A program made the position numbers and the translations under genes. From an uncultured Chloroflexia bacterium (lineage in GTDB: Bacteria > Chloroflexota > Limnocylindria > Limnocylindrales > CSP1-4): 64,000 bases of DNA. A model generated the notes under the pieces. The model was not told where the DNA came from and made no database searches. It saw only the letters and a list, made by a program, of their open reading frames with translations. Positions 8,579 to 18,558 of this stretch are shown piece after piece (position 1 is the first letter of the stretch; every line of letters starts with the position of its first letter). The stretch spans positions 32,001-96,000 of the forward strand of contig CAVVNQ010000004.1 in the NCBI GenBank assembly GCA_963749705.1, in the 5' to 3' direction.

Positions 8579-9427
8579 TCATCCGATGGTGGTGGTCAGC
8601 TCGCCGATCCGTTCGATCGAGACGCACACGATGTCGCCCGGCTGCAGGCGGCGGTCAGGCCCCGGTGGGATGGCCAGCCGAGCCGGCGTTCCGGTCGCGA
8701 TCAGGTCGCCCGGCCGCAGCACGGCATGGCGGCTGAGGAACGCGACGATCTCGGGGATCGTGTACCGCATCCTGCCGGTGCGCCCATCCTGGATCGGATC
8801 GCCGTTGATGGTGCATTCCAACCGGAGGTCCAGCGGGTCGAGCTCGTCGCGGGTCACCAGCGCTGGGCCGACAGGGCAGAACCCGGGCATCGACTTGCCC
8901 AGCAGCCACTGGTCGCCGTCGAGCCACGGGTCGCGCGACGAGATGTCGTTGATGCACGTGTAGCCGAACACGTGGCGCATCGCCTCACCCGGCGAGACGT
9001 CGAACGCCGGCTCGCCGATCACGATACCCAGCTCCACCTCGGCGTCCACGTTCGCCGTCAGTGTTCGATCCCAGGCGACGACCGCGCCATGTCCGATGAC
9101 GGACGTCGGTGCCTTGCCGTAGACGAGCGGACGCGGCGGCCGCGCGGCGGCCGGCTCGCCCGGCTCGCCGTAGTTGAGCCCGATGGCGTAGATCGCACCC
9201 GGGTCGGGCACCACGGGGCCGAGCGTCATGCCGGCCATCGGGCGCCACGCCGCGTCGCCCTGCCGGGCCGTCCACTCGCTCACGCGGGCCAGCGCGCGCT
9301 GACCCCCGGCGGCGATCTCACGCACGGATCCGAGGCCGGACGGCGCGCCCGCCAGATCGAGCGCACGGTCGCCGTCCACGACGGCCGCCGAGCTCGACCC
9401 GTCCACGTCGATCGTTACGAGGCGCAT
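8579..9427 (-). CDS. Fumarylacetoacetate hydrolase family protein
   Basis: IGLNY, DAEVELG, GYTCINDISSRD, GKS...FCPVGP, LRPGDLIATGTP. Confidence 0.92.
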   Translation of the reverse strand: MRLVTIDVDGSSSAAVVDGDRALDLAGAPSGLGSVREIAAGGQRALARVSEWTARQGDAAWRPMAGMTLGPVVPDPGAIYAIGLNYGEPGEPAAARPPRPLVYGKAPTSVIGHGAVVAWDRTLTANVDAEVELGIVIGEPAFDVSPGEAMRHVFGYTCINDISSRDPWLDGDQWLLGKSMPGFCPVGPALVTRDELDPLDLRLECTINGDPIQDGRTGRMRYTIPEIVAFLSRHAVLRPGDLIATGTPARLAIPPGPDRRLQPGDIVCVSIERIGELTTTIG

Positions 9428-9429
9428 CG

Positions 9430-10287
9430 TCAGGCCCGCGCGCCGGCGTCGGCGAGCATCGGGCTGACGGCGGCCCGCATCACGTCCGCCATGCCACCCA
9501 CGCCCGTCCAGCGCTCGAACGCGATCGCGGCCTGGGCGATGAGCATCTCCGACCCGTTGGCCGCGCGCAGGCCGCGGGCACGCGCGGCACGCAGGAGCGG
9601 CGTCTCGAACGGGACATAGACCAGGTCGAACACGGTCGCCCGCGCGGGCAGGGCATGGACGTCGATCGTCGTCCCGGGATCGACCATGCCCACCGTCGTG
9701 GCATTGACGGCAAGGTCGGCCGTCGCCAGCGCGGCGCCGAACCCCGGGTCACCCAGTGCCATCGCCGCGCAATCGCCCGAGCCCACCGCCGCGAGCCGTT
9801 CGACCAGGGCCGTGGCGCCCGCGACCGTACGGTTGCCGATGATGACCCGTCGCGCACCGGCCGAGAGACAGGCGTAGACCACCGCGTGCGCCGCTCCACC
9901 GGCACCGGCTACGACGACCTCGAGCCCGTCCAGCGGTCGACCCATCGCGATCTCGACACCAGCCACGAACCCCGGCGCGTCGGAGTTGAACCCCACCAGC
10001 CGCCCGTCGGCTTCCCGCACCACGTTGTTGACGGCCCCGATCGTCTCCGCTTCGGCCTCCACCTCGTCGCACAGCCCGGCGACGACCCGCTTGTACGGCG
10101 CGGTGACCCCGAGCCCGAGCCATTCCGGCCCCCGCGCCGCGCGGACCGCGTCCTCGACCGCGTCGGGGTCGAGCTCCCTGAGCACGTAGCGTGCATCGAT
10201 CCCGGCAGCCGCGAACGCCGCGTCGTGCATGACCTGGGAGTGCCGGCGGCGAAGCGGCTTGCCGAGCAGGGCGACGTATCGGGTCAT
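9430..10287 (-). CDS. aroE: Shikimate/quinate dehydrogenase family
   Basis: VTAPYK, IGAVN, GFNSDAPG, GAGGAA, NRT, DLVY, MLIAQA; may be a catabolic paralog. Confidence 0.8.
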   Translation of the reverse strand: MTRYVALLGKPLRRRHSQVMHDAAFAAAGIDARYVLRELDPDAVEDAVRAARGPEWLGLGVTAPYKRVVAGLCDEVEAEAETIGAVNNVVREADGRLVGFNSDAPGFVAGVEIAMGRPLDGLEVVVAGAGGAAHAVVYACLSAGARRVIIGNRTVAGATALVERLAAVGSGDCAAMALGDPGFGAALATADLAVNATTVGMVDPGTTIDVHALPARATVFDLVYVPFETPLLRAARARGLRAANGSEMLIAQAAIAFERWTGVGGMADVMRAAVSPMLADAGARA

Positions 10288-11330
10288 CGTGGCCAGACGC
10301 GGGGCGGGCGGCGAACCGGACCGGCGGTGGGCGGGAACGTCACATTGGGGATGATCTCGTCCACCCACTGCTGAAGCTGGGCCGGGTCCGGGGTCATCGT
10401 GTGGAGGAAGAAGTACTCGACCCCCGCGTCCACCCTCGCCTGCAGGGAGGCGATGATCTCATCCGGCGTGCCGAACAGGTAGACGGTCTCGAGGTACTTC
10501 GGCCCCCGCTCGTTGCTCATCACCTTGAGGAACGCCCGGTGTTGCTCCTCACGGGCCTTGGCGGGATCCGTGGTCAGCACGAGATGGAGGAAGTTCTCGT
10601 GCGTGACCAGCGTGTTCTGCGGATCCCGTCCGGCTGCACGCATGGCGGCCTGGAGCTCCGTCCAGTCGCGGGCGATGTCCGGCGGCGGGCATGTCGGGCG
10701 GGCAATCCAGCCGTCGGAGCGGATCGTTCGCGCCTTCACCGACTCCACGAACCGGGGTACGTCCGGGGACTTCGGGTCCGCCAGCTGGGAGCCGCCGCCG
10801 ATCCAGAGCAGCGGCCGCTGTGTCGTCCGCGGCTCGATGAACACGCCGTCCACCGAGTAGTAGCGACCGTGGTAGCTGACGGTGTCCCCTTCGAGAAGGG
10901 GCATCATGATGTCGAGCATCTCGTCGGTGCGGCGGCCGCGCTCGGACTTCTTTACCCCGACGGCCCCGTACTCCGCGTCGTTCCAGCCCACGCCCGCGCC
11001 GAGGATGACCCGATTGTCCGATAGGAACTGGAGCGTGGCCAGCTCCTTGGCCAGGATGACCGGGTTGCGCAGCGGCATGATCAGGATCGACGTCCCGAGC
11101 CGGACCCGCTCGGTGGCGCCCGCTGCCACGGCCAGGCTCATCAGCGGCTCCAGCCAGTTGACGGAGTAGAAGCGACGAGCCGCGAGCAGGTGGTCCGTGA
11201 TGAACAGGGAGTCGAAGCCCAGCTCCTCGACCTCGCGCGCGAAGGACTTGACTCCCCGGGCGCGTTCGGCACCGTCGCCCTCCCAGATGTAGGACGGAAG
11301 GAAGACACCGAACCGGCCGATCTCACTCAT
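10284..11330 (-). CDS. LLM-class flavin/F420-dependent oxidoreductase
   Basis: GFDSLFITDH, RLGTSIL, PLRNPVILAK, LGAGVGW, WIGGGS. Confidence 0.9.
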   Translation of the reverse strand: MSEIGRFGVFLPSYIWEGDGAERARGVKSFAREVEELGFDSLFITDHLLAARRFYSVNWLEPLMSLAVAAGATERVRLGTSILIMPLRNPVILAKELATLQFLSDNRVILGAGVGWNDAEYGAVGVKKSERGRRTDEMLDIMMPLLEGDTVSYHGRYYSVDGVFIEPRTTQRPLLWIGGGSQLADPKSPDVPRFVESVKARTIRSDGWIARPTCPPPDIARDWTELQAAMRAAGRDPQNTLVTHENFLHLVLTTDPAKAREEQHRAFLKVMSNERGPKYLETVYLFGTPDEIIASLQARVDAGVEYFFLHTMTPDPAQLQQWVDEIIPNVTFPPTAGPVRRPPRVWPR

Positions 11331-11357
11331 GGAGCGTGCTCCTCCTGTGCGTCGGCC

Positions 11358-12137
11358 TCATCGGCCTCGATACCCTGGCTCTCGCTTGTCGAAGAAGGCC
11401 GCCGCGCCCTCGAGCATGTCGTCCGTCGCAAACACGCGCGCGGACGCGGCCAGCTCGGCCGACAGGCCGGCGTCCAGGTCGATGTCCGCGGCATCGTCGA
11501 TCAGCCGCTTTGCCTCGCGAACGGCGACCGGGCCACGCGCGCTGATCTCGCGCGCGAGGGCGTCCGCGGCGGCCAGCGCCTCGCCCGCCGGGACGACCGC
11601 GTTGACCAGGCCGATGCGCTCCGCCGCCTCGGCGGTCAGGACGCGGCCGGCCAGGATCAGCTCCTTGGCCCGGGCCGGGCCCACGATCCGCGGCAGCCGT
11701 TGGGTGCCGCCGCTGCCCGGGATGACCGCGAGCCGGACCTCCGGCATGCCCAGGCGGGCGCTGGCGGAGGCGATCCGCAGGTCGCAGCACAGGGCGAGCT
11801 CGAGGCCGCCACCGAGGGCGTTGCCCTCGATCGCCGCGATCGTCGGCATCGGCAGCCGTGCGAGCTCGGTCCACGCGCGTTGCTCGAGCTCCAGCCGATC
11901 CCGACCCGCGGGTCCCCGCTGGGCCTCGAACTCTCCCACGTGCGATCCGGCGCTGAACGCGCGGTCCCCGCGACCGCTCACGACAACCGCGCGCACGGCG
12001 TCGGCTGACGCGGCGGAGAGCGTCGCCAGCGCGTCACGCAGCTCGCCGATCAGCTCGGCCGTGACCAGGTTGAGCGGCGGGTTGACGAGCTCGAGGTGGG
12101 CGACGGGGCCGAGCTCGAGCGAGATCAGGCCGCTCAT
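11358..12137 (-). CDS. Enoyl-CoA hydratase/isomerase
   Basis: AFSAG, GNALGGGLELALCCD, MPEVRLAVIPGSGGTQRL. Confidence 0.92.
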   Translation of the reverse strand: MSGLISLELGPVAHLELVNPPLNLVTAELIGELRDALATLSAASADAVRAVVVSGRGDRAFSAGSHVGEFEAQRGPAGRDRLELEQRAWTELARLPMPTIAAIEGNALGGGLELALCCDLRIASASARLGMPEVRLAVIPGSGGTQRLPRIVGPARAKELILAGRVLTAEAAERIGLVNAVVPAGEALAAADALAREISARGPVAVREAKRLIDDAADIDLDAGLSAELAASARVFATDDMLEGAAAFFDKREPGYRGR

Positions 12138-13693
12138 CCGGCGACTCCGAAGTCCGCCGCCAGGCCCATCGGTCCCGCGGCGTAGAGTCGGGTGTCCATG
12201 GCGCGCAGGTCGCCGGCGACGCGGGGCCGGAAGCCCATGCGGCCCAGGACGTCCCGCTCGACATCGATCCCCGGCGCGACCTCGGTCAGCACCAGCCCGT
12301 CGTCAGCAAGGGCGAACACGGCCCGATCGGTGATGTACCGGACCTGCTGCCCGCGCTCGCGCGCGAGCGGCCCATTGAACGAGACCTCCCGAACCCGGGG
12401 AACGAACTTGTGCAGGCCCCCTTCGTTGACGATCCGCACGCCGCCGTCGATCTCGAGCTGCAGTCCCTGCGCCGTCAGGGTGCCCACGAAGTTGATGCGG
12501 GGCGTCCGGGCGCTGATGTTGGGGAAGCCGCCCGGGCCGCGGACCCGCCCCTCGAAGGCGTGGACGTTCACGTTGCCCTCCGCGTCCACCTCCGCGAACG
12601 ACAGGCTGGCGATATCGAGCCCGCCACCGTCGTAGAAGTCGAACATGTAGGGCTGGTCGATCATCGCCTGGTAGTTGAAGCCGGCACCGCCCTCGTTGCC
12701 GGCGACCGGGACGCCGCCGAAGATCCCCTGCTCCACCGTCAGCGTGAGCCGGTCGGTGATCCCCTCCTCCCAGGCGACCCGCCCGATGAGCTGGCTGATC
12801 CCGAACCCGAGGTTGCAGATCGCACCCGGCGGGAACTCCAGCAGCGAGCGCCGGGCGATGATCTTGCGCACGTCGAGCGGCAGCGGCGGCTCGGGCACGA
12901 CGGGCTTGCGCAGCGCCCCGGCGTAGTACGGCGAATCACGCGTGATGTACGTCTGCCACTGGTCCGGGTCGACGTACACGTGGTCGACGAGCGCCCCGGG
13001 CACCTTCACGTCCCGCTGCGGAAGACCGCCTCGTCGCGCGAGCTGGCGAACCTGCGCGATCACGATGCCGCCGCTGTTGCGGGCGGCCATCGCCATCGCC
13101 AGCATCTCGCCCTGGACGGCCTCGTCCTCCATGGTCAGGTTCCCGTCCTCGTCCGCCGTGGTTCCCCGGATCACCGCGACGTCGATCGGGAACGCATGGA
13201 ACAGGAGCCACTCGCGCCCGCGCAGCGTGACGACCTCGACCAGGTCCTCCGTCGTCCGGGCGTTCTGCCGGCCGCCCGTCTGGCGCGGATCGACATACGT
13301 CCCGAGACCGACGTGGGTCACCAGGCCCGGCCTTCCGGCGGCGATCTCGCGCATCAGCTGCGACAGGACGCCCTGTGGGAAGGAGTAGGACTCGAGCTCG
13401 TTCGCCTCCACCAGCGCGCCCAGCCGCGGCTCGTTGCCGATGTTGCTGCCGATGGTGCGGCGCATCAGCCCGGGCAGGCCGAGCTGCGAGAAGCCGCGCT
13501 CCGCGAAGTCGCCGATGCCCACCACGCGGACGGTGGTCAGGTCACGTGGCCGGCCCTCGGCCGTGTACACCGCCGCCAGCTCGTCGATGAATCGCTGCGG
13601 CAGGGCATGACCGGCGCCCGAGCCGGCGATCAGGAGCGTCATCCCGTCACGGACGAGGCCGACGGCGTCGCGGACGTCCACCACGGTGGTCAC
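12134..13693 (-). CDS. Fused family-I CoA-transferase (YdiF/propionate CoA-transferase-like)
   Basis: FPQG, GLGTYVDPR, GTTADEDGN, NLGFGI, VEQG catalytic Glu, GPGGFPNIS, YITDRAVF; GTG overlaps SDR stop. Confidence 0.9.
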   Translation of the reverse strand: MTTVVDVRDAVGLVRDGMTLLIAGSGAGHALPQRFIDELAAVYTAEGRPRDLTTVRVVGIGDFAERGFSQLGLPGLMRRTIGSNIGNEPRLGALVEANELESYSFPQGVLSQLMREIAAGRPGLVTHVGLGTYVDPRQTGGRQNARTTEDLVEVVTLRGREWLLFHAFPIDVAVIRGTTADEDGNLTMEDEAVQGEMLAMAMAARNSGGIVIAQVRQLARRGGLPQRDVKVPGALVDHVYVDPDQWQTYITRDSPYYAGALRKPVVPEPPLPLDVRKIIARRSLLEFPPGAICNLGFGISQLIGRVAWEEGITDRLTLTVEQGIFGGVPVAGNEGGAGFNYQAMIDQPYMFDFYDGGGLDIASLSFAEVDAEGNVNVHAFEGRVRGPGGFPNISARTPRINFVGTLTAQGLQLEIDGGVRIVNEGGLHKFVPRVREVSFNGPLARERGQQVRYITDRAVFALADDGLVLTEVAPGIDVERDVLGRMGFRPRVAGDLRAMDTRLYAAGPMGLAADFGVAG

Positions 13694-14445
13694 GGCATAT
13701 ACCCCCCGGCATTCGGGTTGAGCGTCTGGCCCAGGAACAGGGCCGAGGCATCGGACAGCAGGAACATCACCGTGTCCGCGACCTCGTCCGCGCGTCCGAA
13801 CCGTCCGAGCGGCATGTCCACCAGCCGTCGCCGGCCCTCCTCGCTGTCGGCGAGCTCCGTCGTCATGCCGGTCACGGTCATGCCCGGCGCAACGGCGTTG
13901 ATCCGGATCCCCTTGGGGCCGAACTCGCGCGCCAGTGCCCGCGTCAGGCCGATGAGCCCGGCCTTGGCGGCGCTGTAGGCCGCGGTCTCGGCGATTCCCA
14001 TCTGGCCGAGCCGCGAGGCGACGTTGACGATCGTGCCGCCCCCCTGGGAGATCATTCCCGGCAGCGCAGCACGACAGGTGTGGAAGGCGGCCGTGAGATC
14101 GGTTCGCAACACGGCATCCCACGCCTCGGGCGTGATCTCGAGGAACGGCCCCACCTGCGTCAGCCCCGCGTTGTTGACCAGGCCGTCGATCCGGCCGAAG
14201 CGATCGATGACCCGCGCGACCAGGCCCTCGGCGGCCGATCCGTCGGCGATGTCGGCACCGAACACGTCGACCTCGGCGCCGGCGTCTCGCGCGCGTGCGG
14301 CGGTGGCGTCGGCGCCATCCGGCGATCGGTGAAAGTGGACGGCGACCCGAGCCCCTTCTCCGGCGGCCTTGACGGCGACCTCCGCGCCGATGCCCCGGCT
14401 GCTGCCGGTGACCAGGACCACGCGCCCCGCGAGCGAGTCCGGCAT
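13690..14445 (-). CDS. SDR-family oxidoreductase
   Basis: TGSSRGIG, NNAG, YSAAK. Confidence 0.92.
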   Translation of the reverse strand: MPDSLAGRVVLVTGSSRGIGAEVAVKAAGEGARVAVHFHRSPDGADATAARARDAGAEVDVFGADIADGSAAEGLVARVIDRFGRIDGLVNNAGLTQVGPFLEITPEAWDAVLRTDLTAAFHTCRAALPGMISQGGGTIVNVASRLGQMGIAETAAYSAAKAGLIGLTRALAREFGPKGIRINAVAPGMTVTGMTTELADSEEGRRRLVDMPLGRFGRADEVADTVMFLLSDASALFLGQTLNPNAGGYMP

Positions 14446-15359
14446 CAGGCGAGGCCCGCCGCGTCGAGCGCCTCGCGGACGCGCGCAGCCGCCTCCTCGG
14501 ACACGGGCGTGAGCGGTGGCCGCATCACCGTGCTGTCGATGACGCCGAGGTGCTGGAGGGCGACCTTGGTACGAGCCCGATAGTCGCGCACCGGCTGGCC
14601 GTAGACGGCCTCCTCGAGTGGCAGGATCCGCTCCCAGATCTGGCGCGCCTCGTCCCAGCGACCCTCGCGGGTGAGCCGGACCATCTTCACCTGGAGGTCG
14701 GTGGCCAGCGTCCCGAACCCGATCAGGGCCCCCTCGGCGCCCATCACGAACGACTCGTACACGAAGTTGTCGTCGCCGGTCAGCAGGTCGATCGGGCGGG
14801 GCAGGCGCTCGATCATCCGCCGCGTGGCCAGGTACAGGCGGGCGTCAAACGACGCCTCCTTGAGGGCGACCACGCTGTCGATCGCGGCGATCCGGCCGAG
14901 CGTCTCCTCGCTGAAGATCACGCCACCCAGCGCTGGCTGGAGCTGGAAGGCGATCAGGGGCAAGCCGCAGCCGCGGGCGACGGCCTCGTGGTAGGCGACC
15001 GGGATCGCCGGATCGAGCGGCGTCCCCTGGTAGGCGGGGATCGGGAACACCAGCAGCCCGCGTGCTCCTGCGCCCTCGGCGCGCTTCGCCTCCTCCACCG
15101 CCTGGGCCGTGAACGAGGCCGACAGGCCGGCCACCACCGGGATGTCGCCGGCCTCGTCCACCGCGACCCGGAGCACCCGCTCGCGCTCGTCGGGCCACAG
15201 GTGGGGGCCCTCTCCGGTGTCCGCGTTGATCGCGAGCGCCACCGGGCCCTGGGGCAGGAGCCACTGGAGGTAGCGCCGGTACGCCGCCTCGTCGAACCGC
15301 CCGTCGGCGTCGAACGTGACCACGCAGGCGGGCACGATGCCGCGCAGGTTGAGGCTCAT
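14445..15359 (-). CDS. Dihydrodipicolinate synthase/class I aldolase family
   Basis: GIVPA..TF, NADTGEG, ALKEAS Schiff-base Lys, LTGDD. Confidence 0.88.
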   Translation of the reverse strand: MSLNLRGIVPACVVTFDADGRFDEAAYRRYLQWLLPQGPVALAINADTGEGPHLWPDERERVLRVAVDEAGDIPVVAGLSASFTAQAVEEAKRAEGAGARGLLVFPIPAYQGTPLDPAIPVAYHEAVARGCGLPLIAFQLQPALGGVIFSEETLGRIAAIDSVVALKEASFDARLYLATRRMIERLPRPIDLLTGDDNFVYESFVMGAEGALIGFGTLATDLQVKMVRLTREGRWDEARQIWERILPLEEAVYGQPVRDYRARTKVALQHLGVIDSTVMRPPLTPVSEEAAARVREALDAAGLA

Positions 15360-16462
15360 CTGGTTCCTCCATGGACGGTGCTGGCTGTGGCTGGGGTGGT
15401 GGCCGGCTCGCTCGAGGGGTTCGCCGAGTTCGCCGGCAGCGCGTGTGCCGGCGGTGTGCTCGTGGATTCGCGGAGGATCACCTCGGTCGGAAGCGTCGTG
15501 GGCTCCGCGGGATCGCCGCCCAGCACGCGCGCGGCATAGGCGAACCCGCGGCGCCCCATCTCGCGCAGCGGCAGGCGGACGGTGGACAGGCTGGGCGAGG
15601 TGATCGCCGCCGTTCGGATGTCGTCGAAGCCCGCCACGGAGACCGCCCGAGGGACCTCGATGCCCAGCTCCCCCAGCCGCTCCAGGGCACCCAGCGCGAG
15701 CAGGTCGTTGGCGCAGCAGATGGCCGTGAACGGGGCATGGCCCGCGAGCAGGTGGTCCACGCCGAGTGCTCCACCGACGTGGTCAAAGGACGTGTCGATC
15801 ACGAGGTCGGCGTCGAACGGGATCCCGGCCTCTGCGAGGCCACGCCGGTACCCCGCCAGGCGTTCCCGCGCGACGTACAGGAGCGGCGGTCCGGCGAGGA
15901 ACGCGATACGGCGATGCCCGAGACCGACCAGCGCCGCCACCATCGACGCAACACCCTCGCCGTTGTCGACGCCGATCTCCGGCGGACCCATGGCGTGCGG
16001 CGACAGGTGGACCACGGCGGCACCGTTGTCACGCATCGCGGCCACGTGCCGCGGCAGCTCCTCGTTGAGCGCGGGGTCGTCGATCCCGCTGCCGGCAAAG
16101 ATGATCGCGGCCGCCCGGATCGAGCGCAGCAACCTGACGTACGAGCTCTCGCGGGCGGCGTCCCGCTCCGAGCTGCACGTGATGACGAGGTAGCCGGACG
16201 CCGAGGCCGCGTCCTCGACCCCGCGGACGACCTCGGAGAAGTACGGGTCCGTGATGTCGTGGACCAGGACGCCCACGACCGGGACCTGGCTCTTGAGCAG
16301 CCCGCGGGCGAGCGCGTTGGGCACGTAGTCGAGCGTCCGGGCCGCCTCGAGCACGCGCTCGCGAGTGCCCGGGCTGACGGGGTAGTCGGCCGCGGACACG
16401 ACCCGCGAGGCCGTCGCGATCGAGACGCCCGCCAGCCGGGCGACCTCGGTGATCGACGACAT
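15356..16462 (-). CDS. LacI-family transcriptional regulator
   Basis: ITEVARLAGVSIATASRV HTH, YVPNALARGL, NDLLALG, VAGFDD. Confidence 0.93.
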   Translation of the reverse strand: MSSITEVARLAGVSIATASRVVSAADYPVSPGTRERVLEAARTLDYVPNALARGLLKSQVPVVGVLVHDITDPYFSEVVRGVEDAASASGYLVITCSSERDAARESSYVRLLRSIRAAAIIFAGSGIDDPALNEELPRHVAAMRDNGAAVVHLSPHAMGPPEIGVDNGEGVASMVAALVGLGHRRIAFLAGPPLLYVARERLAGYRRGLAEAGIPFDADLVIDTSFDHVGGALGVDHLLAGHAPFTAICCANDLLALGALERLGELGIEVPRAVSVAGFDDIRTAAITSPSLSTVRLPLREMGRRGFAYAARVLGGDPAEPTTLPTEVILRESTSTPPAHALPANSANPSSEPATTPATASTVHGGTR

Positions 16463-17931
16463 CAGTACGGGAACGGATACGACTTGGCCTCGTCCCGCAC
16501 GGTCACCCACTGCCACTGGGTGAACTCGTCCCAGTTGGCGGCGCCACCGAAGCGGGAGCCGTTGCCCGAGGCCCCCATGCCGCCGAACGGGATGACCGCC
16601 TCGTCGTTCACCGTCTGGTCGTTGACATGGACCATGCCGCTCCGGATCCGCTGCGCGATGGCCAGCCCGCGGGAGATCGAGCGCGAGTAGACGGCGCCGG
16701 CGAGCCCGTGCTCGCTGTCGTTGGCCAGCGCCAGGGCCTCCTCGTCGGTGTCGAACACGACGATCGGCGCGACCGGCCCGAACGTCTCCTCGGTCCACAC
16801 CGGCAGATCCGTGGTCACGTCCGCGAGGACGGTGGGTCGGTAGAACAGGCCCTCGTGGGTGCCGCCTTCGACCAGCCGCGCACCCCCTTCGATCGATCGC
16901 CGGACGATGCCGTCCACCCGGGCGAGCTGCTTCTCGTTGACGATCGGACCGAGGTCGACGTCCTCGCGGTACGGATCCCCGGTCCGGAGGCGTCGCGCCT
17001 TCTCGACCAGGGCGTCGACGTAGTCGCCCACGACGCTGCGATGGACGATGTGCCGTCCGACCGCGAAGCAGACCTGGCCCTGGAACTGGAACGAGGCGTA
17101 GGCACCGGCGGATGCGGCGGCGTCGAGGTCCGCGTCGTCGAGGACGACGAACGCGTTGTTGCCACCCAGCTCCAGCGACACCTTCTTGAGTCGCCCGCCC
17201 GCGAGCTCCCCGACCCGCCGGCCGGCGACCGTCGACCCGGTGAACGACACGGCATCGACACGCGGGTCGGTGACGATCGCCTCGCCGGTCTGCGCCCCGC
17301 CGACCACGACCTGGAGCAGTCCCTCCGGGAGGCCCGCCTCGGCGAACACCGCCGCGAACATCGCCCCGCCGCACACCGGGGTCTGCGGGTCGGGCTTGAG
17401 CACCACCGCGTTGCCCAGGGCCAGCGCCGGTGCGACGACGCGCATCCCGAGCACGCTGGGCGAGTTCCAGGGCGTGATCGCCCCGACCACGCCGACCGGG
17501 ATGCGCCGGACCATCGACAGCCGGCCCGACTGCGCGGACGGGACCAGCGAGCCGTACGGCTGCGACGGCATCGTCGCCGCGTTGAGGATCTCCTGCACGG
17601 TGAAGTTCTGCTCATGGTGCATCTTGGTGTGCACCGCGCCCGTCTCGCGCTGCGTCCAGGCACCCAGCTCGTCCCGATGGGATTCGTAGATCTCCGCCGC
17701 GCGGCGAAGGATCCGCGCCCGCTCGATGTAGCTCGTCTCGGCCCACGCGGGCTGTGCTGCGGCAGCGGCCGCAGCCGCCCTCGCGACGTCCTCCGCCGTC
17801 GACTGGGTGACCGTGATCAGCGGTCGTCCGGTCGCCGGCTCGCGCGTCTCCAGTGGCTCGCCGGTACCGGGCCGCCAATCACCGAGGAACGGCTCCAGCC
17901 ATGCTGTCGAGGCGGTTGCGACCATGTTCAT
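16462..17931 (-). CDS. Aldehyde dehydrogenase (benzaldehyde dehydrogenase-like)
   Basis: ITPWN, LKPDPQT, FTGST, LELGGNN, FQGQVC, EETFGP. Confidence 0.93.
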   Translation of the reverse strand: MNMVATASTAWLEPFLGDWRPGTGEPLETREPATGRPLITVTQSTAEDVARAAAAAAAAQPAWAETSYIERARILRRAAEIYESHRDELGAWTQRETGAVHTKMHHEQNFTVQEILNAATMPSQPYGSLVPSAQSGRLSMVRRIPVGVVGAITPWNSPSVLGMRVVAPALALGNAVVLKPDPQTPVCGGAMFAAVFAEAGLPEGLLQVVVGGAQTGEAIVTDPRVDAVSFTGSTVAGRRVGELAGGRLKKVSLELGGNNAFVVLDDADLDAAASAGAYASFQFQGQVCFAVGRHIVHRSVVGDYVDALVEKARRLRTGDPYREDVDLGPIVNEKQLARVDGIVRRSIEGGARLVEGGTHEGLFYRPTVLADVTTDLPVWTEETFGPVAPIVVFDTDEEALALANDSEHGLAGAVYSRSISRGLAIAQRIRSGMVHVNDQTVNDEAVIPFGGMGASGNGSRFGGAANWDEFTQWQWVTVRDEAKSYPFPY

Positions 17932-18027
17932 CTCCCTGTTCTGCTGGCCGTGAGCGGCGGGGCGTGCCGCGGTCGACGGTGTTGGCCGCTGCCATCGGCG
18001 TCGACCGTCGACAGCGGACCGGCCGTG

Positions 18028-18558
18028 TCAGCGGATCACGGCGCGATGGCCGGTCGCCGGATCTCTCCACACCGGCCCCCGGGCGATCACCTTGTCCGTG
18101 AGGCCCTCCTCGATGAAGTCCGGCACCTTCCACGAATACAGCGTCTTTGCCTCCTGGCCCGGGTAGCCGAGCCGTTCGCGAACGTCGCCGTCGGTGTAGT
18201 AGCCGAACACCACCACGGACACGAGCGTTGAGTGAAGGTCCGGCTCTTCACGTGCGAGCGCATCCAGCCGCGCGGGCGGATCCTCGCCGAGCTCCGGTCT
18301 GAGTGCCGCCAACAGGTCGTCGAGCAGATCGGGTCGTGCGCGAAGCACGAACCGAAGCCGGACGTCGTCGATCACGTCGCCGGCCGACGGCATGCCGTGG
18401 GCATCGGGGATGAGGTGCGCCGCCACGGCCGAGAAGCGTGCGCGGCGGCCGCCATCGATTGCGGCGAGTGGGTCGGGCATCGCGCCCGTGCTCGATGCGT
18501 TCGCGGGGCCCGCGTCCCGGCTCGCACCGGTGTCCTGGGGCGGGCGGGCGGCGCTCAT
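18028..18558 (-). CDS. GMC dehydrogenase accessory subunit (gluconate 2-DH subunit-3-like)
   Basis: LIP...MPSA and GYY...VRERLGYPG motifs; ATGA overlap with the GMC gene. Confidence 0.75.
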   Translation of the reverse strand: MSAARPPQDTGASRDAGPANASSTGAMPDPLAAIDGGRRARFSAVAAHLIPDAHGMPSAGDVIDDVRLRFVLRARPDLLDDLLAALRPELGEDPPARLDALAREEPDLHSTLVSVVVFGYYTDGDVRERLGYPGQEAKTLYSWKVPDFIEEGLTDKVIARGPVWRDPATGHRAVIR